Shown: piece by piece, positions 37,710 to 47,389 of the stretch
Position numbering within the stretch: position 1 is the stretch's first letter
Layout: the number at the start of each line of letters is the position of its first letter
Assembly (NCBI GenBank): GCA_041611735.1
Contig: JBFIML010000010.1
Span: 26,200-90,199 of the forward strand
Origin: Myxococcota bacterium
Lineage (GTDB): Bacteria > Myxococcota_A > UBA9160 > PR03
Reading direction: 5' to 3'
Length of the DNA stretch: 64,000 nt
The notes under the pieces: generated by a model
Told to the model about the DNA's origin: nothing
The model's input: only the letters and a program-made list of their open reading frames with translations
Databases searched by the model: none
Made by a program: the position numbers and the translations under genes

Positions 37710-40358
37710 ATGTCCCTCTCCGCCCGCGAGATCCGCGCCAACTTCCTGCGCTTCTTCCAGGAGCGGGGTCACACCGTGGTGCCGAGCGCGGGCCTCGTGC
37801 CCGCGGGCGACCCGACGCTCCTTTTCACGAACGCCGGCATGGTGCCCTTCAAGCGCGTCTTCCTCGGAGAGGAGCCCCGGCCCTACTCGCGGGCCGCCAG
37901 CTCCCAGAAGTGCCTGCGTGTCTCCGGCAAGCACAACGACCTCGAGAACGTGGGCCGTACACCGCGCCACCACACCTTCTTCGAGATGCTCGGCAATTTC
38001 TCCTTCGGAGACTACTTCAAGCACGAGGCCATCGAGTACGCCTGGGAGCTCTTGACCGGGCGATTCGGCGTCGCCACCGAGCGGCTGGTGGCGACGGTCT
38101 TCCGCGAGGACGACGACGCCTGGCGAGTGTGGCGCGAGGAGATCGGACTGCCCGGACAGCGCCTGTTCCGCCTCGACGAGAAGGACAACTTCTGGTCGAT
38201 GGGCGACACCGGGCCCTGCGGTCCCTGCTCCGAGATCCACTTCGACTTTGGACCGAATCCGCATTGCACCAGCGAGCCGTGCACGCCCGCCTGCGAGTGC
38301 GGACGCTTCCTGGAGATCTGGAACCTCGTCTTCATGCAGTACGACCGCGGCGAGCGCGGCACCCTGACACCCCTTCCCAAGCCGTGCGTGGACACGGGCG
38401 CCGGCCTGGAGCGGCTCGCGGCGGTGCTCCAGGGCGTGGGCTCGAATTATGAGACCGACCTCTTCCTGCCGATCCTGGCCCGCGTCCAGGAGCTGGCCGG
38501 CATCGCGCTCGGCGACGACCCGGAGAAGGATGTCTCCATGCGGGTCGTGGCGGACCATGCCCGCGCCGTGGCGTTCCTGATCGCGGACGGTGTCCTCCCC
38601 TCCAACGAGGGCCGTGGCTACGTGCTGCGCCGCATCCTGCGCCGGGCGGCGCGCCACGGCGTGCTGCTCGGGCTCGAGCGCCCCTTCCTCTACCTGGTGG
38701 CCGGCGTCGTGGTGGACGAGATGCGCGATGCCTACCCGGAGCTCGAGGAGCGGCGAGCCTACCTGGGCGACCGGATCCTCCGCGAGGAGGAGCGCTTCCT
38801 CGAGACGCTCTCCAAGGGGCTCTCGCTTCTGGAGGAGGCAGTGCGCCAGGTCAAGGACCGGGGTGCGAAGATGCTGCCCGGTGAGGTCATCTTCCGCCTC
38901 TACGACACCTACGGCTTCCCCCTCGACTTGACCGAGGACATCCTGCGCGGCGAGGGCCTCGGCATCGACCAGGCCGGCTTCGACGCCGCCATGAAGCGTC
39001 AGCGCGAGCGCGCCCGGGCCGCCTGGAAGGGAAGCGGCGCCGAGGGCGTCGAGGAGGTCTACGCCCAGCTGGCGGGACAGCTCGTGAGCACCTTCCGAGG
39101 CTACGAGACGCTGCGCACCCGCTCGGCGATCCGGGGGCTGCTCGTGGACGGACGGCCCGCGGAGACGGCCCGCCGTGGCGACCGTGTGGAGGTGATCGTC
39201 GAGGACACGCCCTTCTATGCCGAATCGGGTGGCCAGGTGGGCGACAAGGGTCGCATCGCCACGCCGGGCGGTCGCATCCGGGTGGAGGACACCCAGAAGC
39301 CGCTCGACGGCTTGATCGTCCACCGCGGGCAGGTGACCGAGGGGGAGGTGCGCCTGGACGATCCGGCCGAGCTCGAGGTGGAGGCTGGAGCGCGGGTGGG
39401 CGCGGTGCGCCACCATTCGGGCACCCACCTGCTGCACGCGGCGCTGCGCGAGGTGCTCGGCCCCCAGGCGGTGCAGCGCGGCTCGCTGGTGGCGCCGGAC
39501 CGCCTGCGCTTCGACTTCACCCACGATGCACCCGTGACGCGCGAGGAGCTCGACCGCATCGAGGACCTGGTGAACGAGTGGATCGAGGAGAACGCGCCCG
39601 CGCGTGTGGAGCACATGCCGTATCGAGACGCGATCGCCTCGGGCGCCATCGCCATGTTCGGCGAGAAGTACGCCGACGAGGTCCGCGTACTGACCTTTGG
39701 AGACTTCTCCCGTGAGCTGTGCGGGGGGACCCACGCGGCGGCCACCGGAGAGATCGGACTGCTCAAGATCGTGTCGGAGGGCGGCGTCGCCGCGGGCGTG
39801 CGGCGCGTGGAGGCCCTGGCGGGGCGCGATGCGCTGCTGCGCCTGCGCCAGCAGGAACGCATGCTCGAGCGGACGGCGGAGCTGCTGCGCACCCCGGTCG
39901 GCGAGCTCACGGACCGGGTGGAGAAGCTCCTGGAGGAGCGCCGCGCCCTGGAACGCGAGATCGAGCAGCTGCGGACGGCCCGGCGCGGGGAGGCGGCGGT
40001 CGACCTGGTGGCGGAAGCCCGGGAGGTGGCCGGCGTGCGGGTGCTCGCCACCCGGGTGGAGGGCGTCTCCAGCAAGGAGCTGCGTTCCCTGGTGGATGCC
40101 CTGCGCGACAAGCTGCGCAGCGGGGTCGTGCTGCTCGCCGCCGCCGAGGACGACAAGGTGAGTCTCGCCCTGGGCGTGACCCCGGACCTGCGCGACCGGC
40201 TGCGGGCCGGTGACCTGGTGCGCGAGGTGGCCGTGGTGGTGGGCGGCAAGGGCGGCGGGCGTCCGGATTTCGCCCAGGCCGGCGGGCGGGACCCCGGGAA
40301 GCTCGACGCGGCCTTCGACCGCCTGCGCGAGCTGGTGGAGCAGGCCGCCGCGCGATGA
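37710..40358 (+). CDS. alaS: Alanine--tRNA ligase
   Basis: LLFTNAGMVPFK, HHTFFEMLGNFSFGDYFK, HSGTHLLH, ELCGGTH and GGKGGGRPDFAQAGG motifs. Confidence 0.99.
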   Translation: MSLSAREIRANFLRFFQERGHTVVPSAGLVPAGDPTLLFTNAGMVPFKRVFLGEEPRPYSRAASSQKCLRVSGKHNDLENVGRTPRHHTFFEMLGNFSFGDYFKHEAIEYAWELLTGRFGVATERLVATVFREDDDAWRVWREEIGLPGQRLFRLDEKDNFWSMGDTGPCGPCSEIHFDFGPNPHCTSEPCTPACECGRFLEIWNLVFMQYDRGERGTLTPLPKPCVDTGAGLERLAAVLQGVGSNYETDLFLPILARVQELAGIALGDDPEKDVSMRVVADHARAVAFLIADGVLPSNEGRGYVLRRILRRAARHGVLLGLERPFLYLVAGVVVDEMRDAYPELEERRAYLGDRILREEERFLETLSKGLSLLEEAVRQVKDRGAKMLPGEVIFRLYDTYGFPLDLTEDILRGEGLGIDQAGFDAAMKRQRERARAAWKGSGAEGVEEVYAQLAGQLVSTFRGYETLRTRSAIRGLLVDGRPAETARRGDRVEVIVEDTPFYAESGGQVGDKGRIATPGGRIRVEDTQKPLDGLIVHRGQVTEGEVRLDDPAELEVEAGARVGAVRHHSGTHLLHAALREVLGPQAVQRGSLVAPDRLRFDFTHDAPVTREELDRIEDLVNEWIEENAPARVEHMPYRDAIASGAIAMFGEKYADEVRVLTFGDFSRELCGGTHAAATGEIGLLKIVSEGGVAAGVRRVEALAGRDALLRLRQQERMLERTAELLRTPVGELTDRVEKLLEERRALEREIEQLRTARRGEAAVDLVAEAREVAGVRVLATRVEGVSSKELRSLVDALRDKLRSGVVLLAAAEDDKVSLALGVTPDLRDRLRAGDLVREVAVVVGGKGGGRPDFAQAGGRDPGKLDAAFDRLRELVEQAAAR

Positions 40359-42400
40359 CGCTTCCCTTCCCGGGTGACCCCTTCGCCGCGCGGCGGCGGA
40401 GAACCTGCCCGGTGCGCATCGGCAACGTGGGCGTGGGCGGGGACAATCCGCTGCGCGTCCAATCCATGACCACCACGAACACCCAGGACGTGGCCGCCAC
40501 GTCGGCGCAGGTGGAGCGCCTGGTGGAGGCCGGCTGCGAGATCGTGCGCGTGACGGCCCCCTCGATCCGCGACGCCGAGGCCCTCGCCGGGATCCGGGCC
40601 GAGCTCGATCGGCGCGGTGTGCGGGTCCCCCTGGTGGCGGACATCCACTTCACGCCGAACGCCGCGCTGCGCGCGGCCGAGCTTGTCGAGAAGGTCCGCA
40701 TCAACCCCGGAAACTACGCGGACAAGAAGAAGTTTGAGGTGCGCGAGTACTCGGATGCGCAGTGGGGCGCAGAGCTCGAGCGGGTGGCCGGGCGCTTCCG
40801 GCCCCTGGTGCGGCGCTGCAAGGAGCTCGGTCGTGCGCTGCGCATCGGCACCAACCACGGCTCGCTCTCGGACCGCGTGCTGAACCGCTACGGGGACACC
40901 CCCCTCGGCATGGTGGAGAGCGCCCTCGAGTTCCTCGACGTGTGCGAGGACGAAGGCTTCGGCGACGTCGTCTTCAGCATGAAGGCGAGCAATCCCCAGG
41001 TGGCGATCCAGGCCTACCGCCTGCTGGCGGCCCGGCTCGAGGAGCGGCGCCCCGGATCGCCCTCCTATCCCTTCCACGTGGGCGTCACCGAGGCGGGCGA
41101 CGGCGAAGAGGGGCGCGTCAAGAGCGCGATCGGGATCGGTGCCCTGCTCGAGGACGGCATCGGCGACACGATCCGCGTCTCGCTCACGGAGGATCCGGTC
41201 AAGGAGGTGCCCGTGGCCCGCGCCCTGGCGCGACGCTACGAGGCACGCTGGGCCGAGCTCGCCGCCGCCGGCCCGGCACGGATCGATGTCGGTGCGCCCT
41301 TCGTGGACGACCCCTACGGCCACGCACGCCGCGCGACCCGGGTCGTCGCCAGCGGGGCGGTCGAACTGGGCGGCGAGCAACCGGTGCGGGTCGAGCTCAC
41401 CCTGGGGCCGGTCCCCGCGGAGCCCGAGGCGGCCGCCGGCGCCCTGGCGGAGGCCCTGGCCCGCCGCCCCGAGCTGGCCTGCGAGGGGCTTCGCCTCGCG
41501 GTCGACGATCCCGCCGGACTCGACGTGGCGGGCCGTCTGGCTGCCGGGCTCGCGGCTCTCGGCCTGCGCGTGCCGCTCCTGGGACGTCTTCCCCTGGCCC
41601 TGGCTGCCCGGGGACCGGGCGAGGTGCCGGGGCTCGTGCGCTGGATCCTTTCCGCCCGGGAGGGAGACCCCCGCCAGGAGCTGCGGGCGGCCGCGCGCGC
41701 TGCCGTGGCCGCGGGCGTCACCGTGGAGTGGTGCTTGACGGGTGCTCCATTCGGGATCGCCGCGGCCCTCGACGCCGTCCTGGCCGCCTCCCGCGAGGCG
41801 GGGCTCGCGACCTTCCTGGTCTCCGCCCGGAGCGCCCGTCCGGTCCACGCGGCGCGTGTGCTGACCGCGCGGCTGCGCGCGGCCGGGCGCGGCGAGATCC
41901 CCGTGGTGCTGCTGCCCGAGGCCGGCGTCCCTGGAGCAAGCCTCGACGCGACGGAGCTCCTCGCCCTCGCCATCGATCTCGGCGCTCCGCTGTGCGACGG
42001 GATCGGCGACGCCGTCGTGGTCCCCGCCGCGGGCGACCCGGCCCGGGCCCTGGCGGTGGCCTATCGCATCCTCCAGGGGGCGCGTCTGCGAACCACCTGG
42101 ACCGAGTTCATCTCCTGCCCCTCCTGCGGCCGCACCCAGTTCGACCTCGAGCAGACCACCGCGCGCATCAAGGCCCGCACCGAGCACCTGAAGGGCGTGA
42201 AGATCGCCATCATGGGCTGCATCGTGAACGGGCCAGGTGAGATGGCGGACGCGGACTTCGGCTACGTGGGCTCCGGGCCCGGGCTCGTGAACCTGTACGT
42301 GGGCCAGGCCTGCGTGGAGCGCCACGTGCCGGCCGACGAGGCGGACGACCGCCTCGTCGAGCTGATCCGCAAGCACGGCCACTGGGTGGAGCGGGGGTAG
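40355..42400 (+). CDS. ispG: 4-hydroxy-3-methylbut-2-en-1-yl diphosphate synthase, long (three-domain) form
   Basis: VQSMTT, PLVADIHF, RINPGN, RIGTNHGSLS, GIGDTIRVSLT, ISCPSCGRT and MGCIVNGPGE motifs, plus a ~250 aa insert. Confidence 0.96.
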   Translation: MTLPFPGDPFAARRRRTCPVRIGNVGVGGDNPLRVQSMTTTNTQDVAATSAQVERLVEAGCEIVRVTAPSIRDAEALAGIRAELDRRGVRVPLVADIHFTPNAALRAAELVEKVRINPGNYADKKKFEVREYSDAQWGAELERVAGRFRPLVRRCKELGRALRIGTNHGSLSDRVLNRYGDTPLGMVESALEFLDVCEDEGFGDVVFSMKASNPQVAIQAYRLLAARLEERRPGSPSYPFHVGVTEAGDGEEGRVKSAIGIGALLEDGIGDTIRVSLTEDPVKEVPVARALARRYEARWAELAAAGPARIDVGAPFVDDPYGHARRATRVVASGAVELGGEQPVRVELTLGPVPAEPEAAAGALAEALARRPELACEGLRLAVDDPAGLDVAGRLAAGLAALGLRVPLLGRLPLALAARGPGEVPGLVRWILSAREGDPRQELRAAARAAVAAGVTVEWCLTGAPFGIAAALDAVLAASREAGLATFLVSARSARPVHAARVLTARLRAAGRGEIPVVLLPEAGVPGASLDATELLALAIDLGAPLCDGIGDAVVVPAAGDPARALAVAYRILQGARLRTTWTEFISCPSCGRTQFDLEQTTARIKARTEHLKGVKIAIMGCIVNGPGEMADADFGYVGSGPGLVNLYVGQACVERHVPADEADDRLVELIRKHGHWVERG

Positions 42401-42939
42401 CCCGGGTTCCGCACCAGGCTGGGTAGCGTGGCGCTGCGGAGGCGCGCGCCTTCCGGGTCGGGCGCGTGAGCTCCCGCCTCGGGTCGCCAGCCGACGAGCT
42501 CCTCGAGGCCCTCGAAGGCGGAGAGGCTGAGCGAGTCGGCCAGCAGCGGGTGGTCGCGCCCCACCACGACGATGGCCATGAGCAGCAGCAACGCCGCCGC
42601 CAGGGCACCCTCGGCGGCGCCCAGGCAACCGCCCGCCAGCCGGTCCGCCAGGGCGAGGCCCGCGGCCCGCACCCCGCGCCGCACGAAGCGTCCGACCCCG
42701 GCCACCCCCGCCACGGTCCCGAGGACGAGAGCCAAACCCGCCACCACGTCCGCCGCCCAGTCGCCCAGCCCCGTGCGGCCCGCCAGCCAGCCGCTGGCCG
42801 GCCCGGTGAAGAGGACGGCCACGACGACGGCGCTCCCGAGCGCGGCCACCGAGAAGACCTCGCGCACGAGTCCGATCCACAGCCCGCGCAGGGCGCCGAG
42901 CCCCACCAGGGCTGCCGCCACCAGGTCGACGACCGCCAC
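42262..42939 (-). CDS. cvpA: CvpA family (colicin V production) membrane protein
   Basis: D....GALRGLWIGLVREVFS and GLALADRLAGGCLGAAEG motifs. The 3' end overlaps ispG convergently. Confidence 0.82.
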   Translation of the reverse strand: MAVVDLVAAALVGLGALRGLWIGLVREVFSVAALGSAVVVAVLFTGPASGWLAGRTGLGDWAADVVAGLALVLGTVAGVAGVGRFVRRGVRAAGLALADRLAGGCLGAAEGALAAALLLLMAIVVVGRDHPLLADSLSLSAFEGLEELVGWRPEAGAHAPDPEGARLRSATLPSLVRNPGYPRSTQWPCLRISSTRRSSASSAGTWRSTQAWPTYRFTSPGPEPT

Positions 42940-42966
42940 CCGTCCCCTCCGCCGGCAGTCTAGTGG

Positions 42967-43494
42967 ATGGACTCCGGTCCGTGTCCTGGATGCCAGGAGC
43001 ACTCGTTCCGGGAGGCGGCTGCGGGTCGCCTTCCCGAACGCCCCATGATCGAGCTCACGCTCCCTTCGGTCCTCGACCGGAGCCCGGCGCCACGCGGCTG
43101 TCACGTGGCTTCGCTCTTCGTGCAGCACGTGCCGGCCGATTGGACCGAGTCGGACTGGAGCGGACAGCGCGAGCCCTTCGCCGACCGCGTGCTCGAGCGG
43201 TTTGACGAGGTCGCGCCCGGCTTCCCGGCGAGCGTGTGCCACCGCGAGGTTCTGGCCCCACCCGATCTGGCACGTGTCTTCTCCCTCACGGGCGGCAACA
43301 TCTTCCAAGGCGCCATGGCGCTGGACCGCTTGCTCTTCCTGCGTCCGCTCCCGGGCTGGGCGCGGTATCGCAGCCCCGTCGAGGGGCTCTGGCTGTGCGG
43401 GGCGGGTACCCATCCGGGTGGCGGCGTGATGGGCGCCTGCGGCCGCAACGCCGCGCGCGCGATCCTGCGGGCCCGGCGTCGCGGCCAGCGGTGA
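42967..43494 (+). pseudogene. C-terminal fragment of a phytoene dehydrogenase-like FAD oxidoreductase
   Basis: PSVLDRSPAP, GGNIFQGAM and GLWLCGAGTHPGGGVMGACGRNAA are present, but there is no N-terminal FAD-binding domain and no room for one. Confidence 0.7.
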
Positions 43495-43505
43495 CGGCGC
43501 GCCGG

Positions 43506-44219
43506 TCAGGCCGTCGGCCGGCCCCCGCCCCGTACGAGCTGCAGGTACATGCGCGCGTCGTCCCGGGCAGGATCGCTCCGCAACACCGCGTGCCAGGCGG
43601 CCACGGCCCGGCCGTGTCGCCCGAGTGTCCACTCGGTGAGCCCGAGCTGGACGGCCGCATCCAGGTAGCGCGGATGGGCCCGGAGGATGCGCTGAAACTC
43701 TCGAATTGCCTGGTGGGGCAGCCCCGCTTCCCGCAGCGCAACGCCGAGACGCTGGCGCACGTCGTGGAAGTGGGGACAGCGGTCCAGGGCCTTGCGGTAG
43801 GCCTCGATCGCCTCGCCGAGCTCCTTCGCCTCCCGGTAGGCGTCGCCCAGGGAGGCCTGGAGGTTCGCGAGCTTCCCCCGCGTCACCGGATCCAGCGGCC
43901 CGTCGGCCCCGTTGCGTCCCGGGGGCGGCTCGGCCACCGCCTCGGCCCGGTCGAAGTCCCCCTGCTGCTCGTGGACCGCCACCAGCGCGAGCCGCGCCTC
44001 GGCGTAGCGCGGGTTGATGCGTAGCGCCTGCTCGAGGCTGCGCGCCGCGGGATCGAGGTCGCCGCGGTGCTCGTGGGCCAGGCCGATCAGATAGTGGACG
44101 TCCGCGAAGCCGGGGCGCGTCCGCACCAGGGGCTCCAGATGGGCAAGGGCCCCGTCCCAGTCGCCGTTCTCGAAGCTGCGTCGGCCGAGCGCAAAGGCCC
44201 GCCGCTCCTCGGTCGTCAT
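43506..44219 (-). CDS. Tetratricopeptide repeat protein
   Basis: Several TPRs (FADVHYLIGLA, ALRINPRYAEARLAL, YRKALDRCPHFHDVRQRLG). Confidence 0.9.
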   Translation of the reverse strand: MTTEERRAFALGRRSFENGDWDGALAHLEPLVRTRPGFADVHYLIGLAHEHRGDLDPAARSLEQALRINPRYAEARLALVAVHEQQGDFDRAEAVAEPPPGRNGADGPLDPVTRGKLANLQASLGDAYREAKELGEAIEAYRKALDRCPHFHDVRQRLGVALREAGLPHQAIREFQRILRAHPRYLDAAVQLGLTEWTLGRHGRAVAAWHAVLRSDPARDDARMYLQLVRGGGRPTA

Positions 44220-44240
44220 GAAACCCCTGAGCGGTTCCCG

Positions 44241-45023
44241 CTATTGCGCAGCCGGGACCAGGTCGGCGGCCGCCTTGGCGACTTCGCTGCCGCCATAGTT
44301 CTCGAGGATCACCTGGAAGATGCGCTGGGCCTCGTCGACGCGGTTCATGCGCGTGTAGCAGGTGCCGAGCTTGTAGAGCGCCTCCGCATCGAAGCCGAGA
44401 CCCGGATACTCCTCGAGCAGGGCGCGGTAGCGCTCCGCCGCCGACGGGTACTCCTCGCGGGCCAGATAGAAATCCCCCACCTGCAACACGTGCTCCGCCA
44501 GCCTCGTGCGCAGCTCCTTCCAGAGGGCCTCGCCCTCGCTGGCGTGGGCCGAGTGCGGGTGCCGGCTCAGCAGACGGTCGAGCTGGTCCAGGGCTTGCCG
44601 GGTGGCGGTCTGGTCGCGCTCGGCGGAGCGGCTTCGTGCGTAGAAGCAATGCGCTGCCTGGTAGATCGCGTAGGGCACGCGCTCGTGCTCCGGATGCAGA
44701 TCCGGGAAGTCGCGGTAGTACGAGAGGGCCTCCTCGTAGCGTTCCTGGACGTAGTAGGCGTCGGCGATGGCGAGCTCGGCGAGCACCGCCTGGTCGCTGT
44801 AGGGGTAGTTGTCGATGATGTCCTGGAAGAGCTGGATGGCCGCCGCGTGGTCCACGGTGCGGAAGAACAGGAAGGTGCGTTTGCCCTCCAGCACCTGGAG
44901 CGCCCGCCGGTGAAGCTCCTCGGCCGTGGGCAGCTCCGCGAGCTCGGGGTCGGGCTGCGTCGAGGCGCAGCCCGGGGCGGCGAGAGCCAGGGCGATCGCC
45001 GCGGTCACCAGTCGTCTCCGCAC
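44241..45023 (-). CDS. bamD: Outer membrane protein assembly factor BamD
   Basis: Lipoprotein-like signal (APGC); YPYS..AELAIADAYY, HPEH.RVPYA, RDQTAT and VGDFY...YPSAAERY motifs. Confidence 0.9.
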   Translation of the reverse strand: MRRRLVTAAIALALAAPGCASTQPDPELAELPTAEELHRRALQVLEGKRTFLFFRTVDHAAAIQLFQDIIDNYPYSDQAVLAELAIADAYYVQERYEEALSYYRDFPDLHPEHERVPYAIYQAAHCFYARSRSAERDQTATRQALDQLDRLLSRHPHSAHASEGEALWKELRTRLAEHVLQVGDFYLAREEYPSAAERYRALLEEYPGLGFDAEALYKLGTCYTRMNRVDEAQRIFQVILENYGGSEVAKAAADLVPAAQ

Positions 45024-45052
45024 GGGCGGCCCTCCTTCTGCAACGGTGGCCG

Positions 45053-45082
45053 AAGCTACCCGACGGCGTCGAAAGGTGTCAA
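45053..45082 (-). promoter_or_regulatory. Candidate sigma70 promoter for bamD
   Basis: Minus strand TTGACA-N18-TAGCTT; a divergent TGcTAGCTT lies on the plus strand near 45086-45094. Confidence 0.5.
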
Positions 45083-45136
45083 TTTTGCTAGCTTTCCGTT
45101 TCCGAACCTGCCCCACCCGCGGGGAAGGAGGTCCCC

Positions 45137-45343
45137 ATGGTCCACGAGTCCCTGCGCAACCTGCGCTTCGATCGACGCCTCCTGCATCGGCGCGGCTGGG
45201 TCTCCCCCGACGAGCACGAGCGCGAGCTGGCCGCGCTTGCCGACGTCTCCGACAAGATCGCTCCGCCCGAGGAAGAATCCGAGGCGGAGGCGGAAGGCGA
45301 CGCCGCCAGCGGGCAGGAGGCGGCGGAGAAGGCGGGCGCCTAG
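45137..45343 (+). CDS. Small hypothetical protein with acidic tail (68 aa)
   Basis: AGGAGG RBS; FDRRLL..RGWVS..E.E..L..LADVSDK core. Confidence 0.75.
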   Translation: MVHESLRNLRFDRRLLHRRGWVSPDEHERELAALADVSDKIAPPEEESEAEAEGDAASGQEAAEKAGA

Positions 45344-45364
45344 ACCCGCTTCAGGGACGGGCTC

Positions 45365-45982
45365 GTGATCAAGGCGAAGCTCGGCGACCGGCTCGACGGG
45401 TGGCTCCAGGCGGGCCTGCCCTTCCTGTTCCGGCACCCCGTCAATCCGAACTGGATCACGGTGCTGGGGACCCTCGTCTCCGGGGGGGCCGCCCTGGCCT
45501 TCGCCCTGGGCGCCTTCGCCTGGGCGGGCATCCTGATCGGTTTCGGAGGCCTGTTCGACCTTCTGGACGGTGTCCTGGCCCGTCACCACGGGCGCGCCAC
45601 GGCCTTCGGGGCCTTCCTGGACTCGACCCTGGACCGCCTGGTGGACATCGCCATCCTGGTCGGGATCATGACGCACTTCGCCGCACGCGGGGACCCCGCC
45701 ACGGTGCTCCTGGCCGGGGTTGCCCTGGCCGCCAGCGTGCTCACCTCTTATGCCAAGGCGCGGGCAGAGCGCTTCGTCCCCGACCTGGGGGGCGGCTTCT
45801 TCGAGCGTGGCGAACGGCTGGCGGTGCTGGCTTTCGGCGGGATCTTGGGCTTTCTGGTGCCGGCCCTGTGGATCGTGGCCGTGCTCGGAGTCGTGACCGT
45901 GGGGCAACGTTTCGTGCTGGCCTATCGGGGAATGGCGCACCTGGACGCGACGGGTCGACGCCAGGTTGGGGAGCATCCGTAG
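45365..45982 (+). CDS. CDP-alcohol phosphatidyltransferase (PIP/AIP-synthase-like)
   Basis: NPNWIT, DLLDGVLAR..GAFLDSTLDR, SYAKARAE and ERGER motifs. Confidence 0.9.
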   Translation: MIKAKLGDRLDGWLQAGLPFLFRHPVNPNWITVLGTLVSGGAALAFALGAFAWAGILIGFGGLFDLLDGVLARHHGRATAFGAFLDSTLDRLVDIAILVGIMTHFAARGDPATVLLAGVALAASVLTSYAKARAERFVPDLGGGFFERGERLAVLAFGGILGFLVPALWIVAVLGVVTVGQRFVLAYRGMAHLDATGRRQVGEHP

Positions 45983-45983
45983 T

Positions 45984-46439
45984 ATGAGCGAGCAGGAGAA
46001 GGACGAGGACGCCGAGCGGGGCTTCGTCGTGATCGATCGACGCGGCCGGTCCGATGAGGAGGGCGACCAGGGGCGGGCCGAAGCGCCGCCGCGGGCCGCC
46101 CCTCCGCCTCCACGCACCGCCGCCCACACGGCGCCCAAGCCGCCCAGCGGCCCCGGCAAGGGGCCGGCCCACGGCCCGCTCCCGCCCCTCGACTTCGCGA
46201 GCTTCGTGCATTCGATCGCCATCTCGGCCCTCCATCAGCTCGGGCTCGTGGCGGATCCGGAGACCGGCCAGACGCCCGCGCCCGATCTCGAGATGGCGAG
46301 CCAGAACATCGACATCCTCCAGATGCTCCAGGAGAAGACGCGTGGGAACCTGGATGCGGAGGAGGGTCGGCTGCTCGAGAGCCTCCTCTACGAGCTGCGC
46401 ATGCGTTACGTGGAGGTGAGGGGATCCGCGGGGCGGTGA
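45984..46439 (+). CDS. DUF1844 family protein
   Basis: GFVVIDRR, LDFASFV, IDILQMLQEKTRGNL and LYELRMRYV motifs. Confidence 0.88.
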   Translation: MSEQEKDEDAERGFVVIDRRGRSDEEGDQGRAEAPPRAAPPPPRTAAHTAPKPPSGPGKGPAHGPLPPLDFASFVHSIAISALHQLGLVADPETGQTPAPDLEMASQNIDILQMLQEKTRGNLDAEEGRLLESLLYELRMRYVEVRGSAGR

Positions 46440-47368
46440 GTGCAGCGGGCGCCGCCGCCGCGGGCGCCACGCTGCTGAGCGCGCCGGCCAAGGTGAACCT
46501 CGGCCTGCGCGTGCTCGGCCGCCGGACCGACGGCTATCACGAGATCGAGAGCCTCTTCGTCCCCGTGGACTGGACCGACGAGCTCGAGCTCGAGCTCGTG
46601 GCCGGCGGTACGGGGGTCGACTTCGCCCTGGCCGGCGACTGTGCGGGCGTGCCCGCCGATGCCCGCAACCTGGCGGCTCGGGCGGCCGCCGCCTTCCTGG
46701 CCGAGAGCCGGGTCCCCTACGGGGTGCGCCTGCGGCTGCACAAGCGGATCCCGGCCGGCGCCGGCCTCGGGGGCGGGTCGAGCGACGCCGGCTCCGTGCT
46801 CCGGGCCCTGGCGACCCGTCTGCCGGGGTACGTCCCGGAGCCGCGCCTGGCCCGCATCGCCTTGTCCCTGGGTGCGGACGTCCCGTTCTTCCTGGATCCC
46901 CGGCCCGCCCGGGTGACGGGCATCGGGGAGGGGATCGAGCCCCTGGAGGGGTTTCCCGCCCTGGTCTTCCTGCTCGCCACCCCCGGGCCGCCGCTGGCCA
47001 CGGCGGCCGTCTACGCCGCCTTCGACCGGGACCCGGGTGCGTTGACGCTCGAGCACAAACGCCTTACTCTGCGCGCGCTTAGCGAGCTGTGGGGGCCCGG
47101 CGGGCGTCTGCGTGCCGAGGTCCTCGCCGGCCTCGTGGCGAACGACCTCGAGCCGGCGGCGCGACGGCTTCACCCGGCGATCGGCCCGCTCCTGGACGAG
47201 CTGCGGGCAGGGGGGGCGCTTGCCGTGGGCCTGTCCGGAAGCGGTCCGACGGTGTTCGGCGTGTTCGAGGAGGCCGCAGCCGCCGAACGGGGGCGGCTTG
47301 GGCTCGTCGCAGGGAGCCCGGAGCTGCGCGTGCGGGTCGCCGCGGCGCTCGCGCGGCCGACGACCTAG
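46436..47368 (+). CDS. ispE: 4-diphosphocytidyl-2-C-methyl-D-erythritol kinase
   Basis: [37 protein letters not shown] and [10 protein letters not shown] motifs. Confidence 0.96.
   Translation: MSAAGAAAAGATLLSAPAKVNLGLRVLGRRTDGYHEIESLFVPVDWTDELELELVAGGTGVDFALAGDCAGVPADARNLAARAAAAFLAESRVPYGVRLRLHKRIPAGAGLGGGSSDAGSVLRALATRLPGYVPEPRLARIALSLGADVPFFLDPRPARVTGIGEGIEPLEGFPALVFLLATPGPPLATAAVYAAFDRDPGALTLEHKRLTLRALSELWGPGGRLRAEVLAGLVANDLEPAARRLHPAIGPLLDELRAGGALAVGLSGSGPTVFGVFEEAAAAERGRLGLVAGSPELRVRVAAALARPTT
47042..47070 (+). promoter_or_regulatory. Candidate promoter inside ispE for tRNA-Gln/prs/rplY/pth
   Basis: TTGACG-N17-TACTCT within a locally A/T-rich, codon-atypical patch of ispE. Confidence 0.6.
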
Positions 47369-47389
47369 CCTCGGAGGCGATCTCGATGC

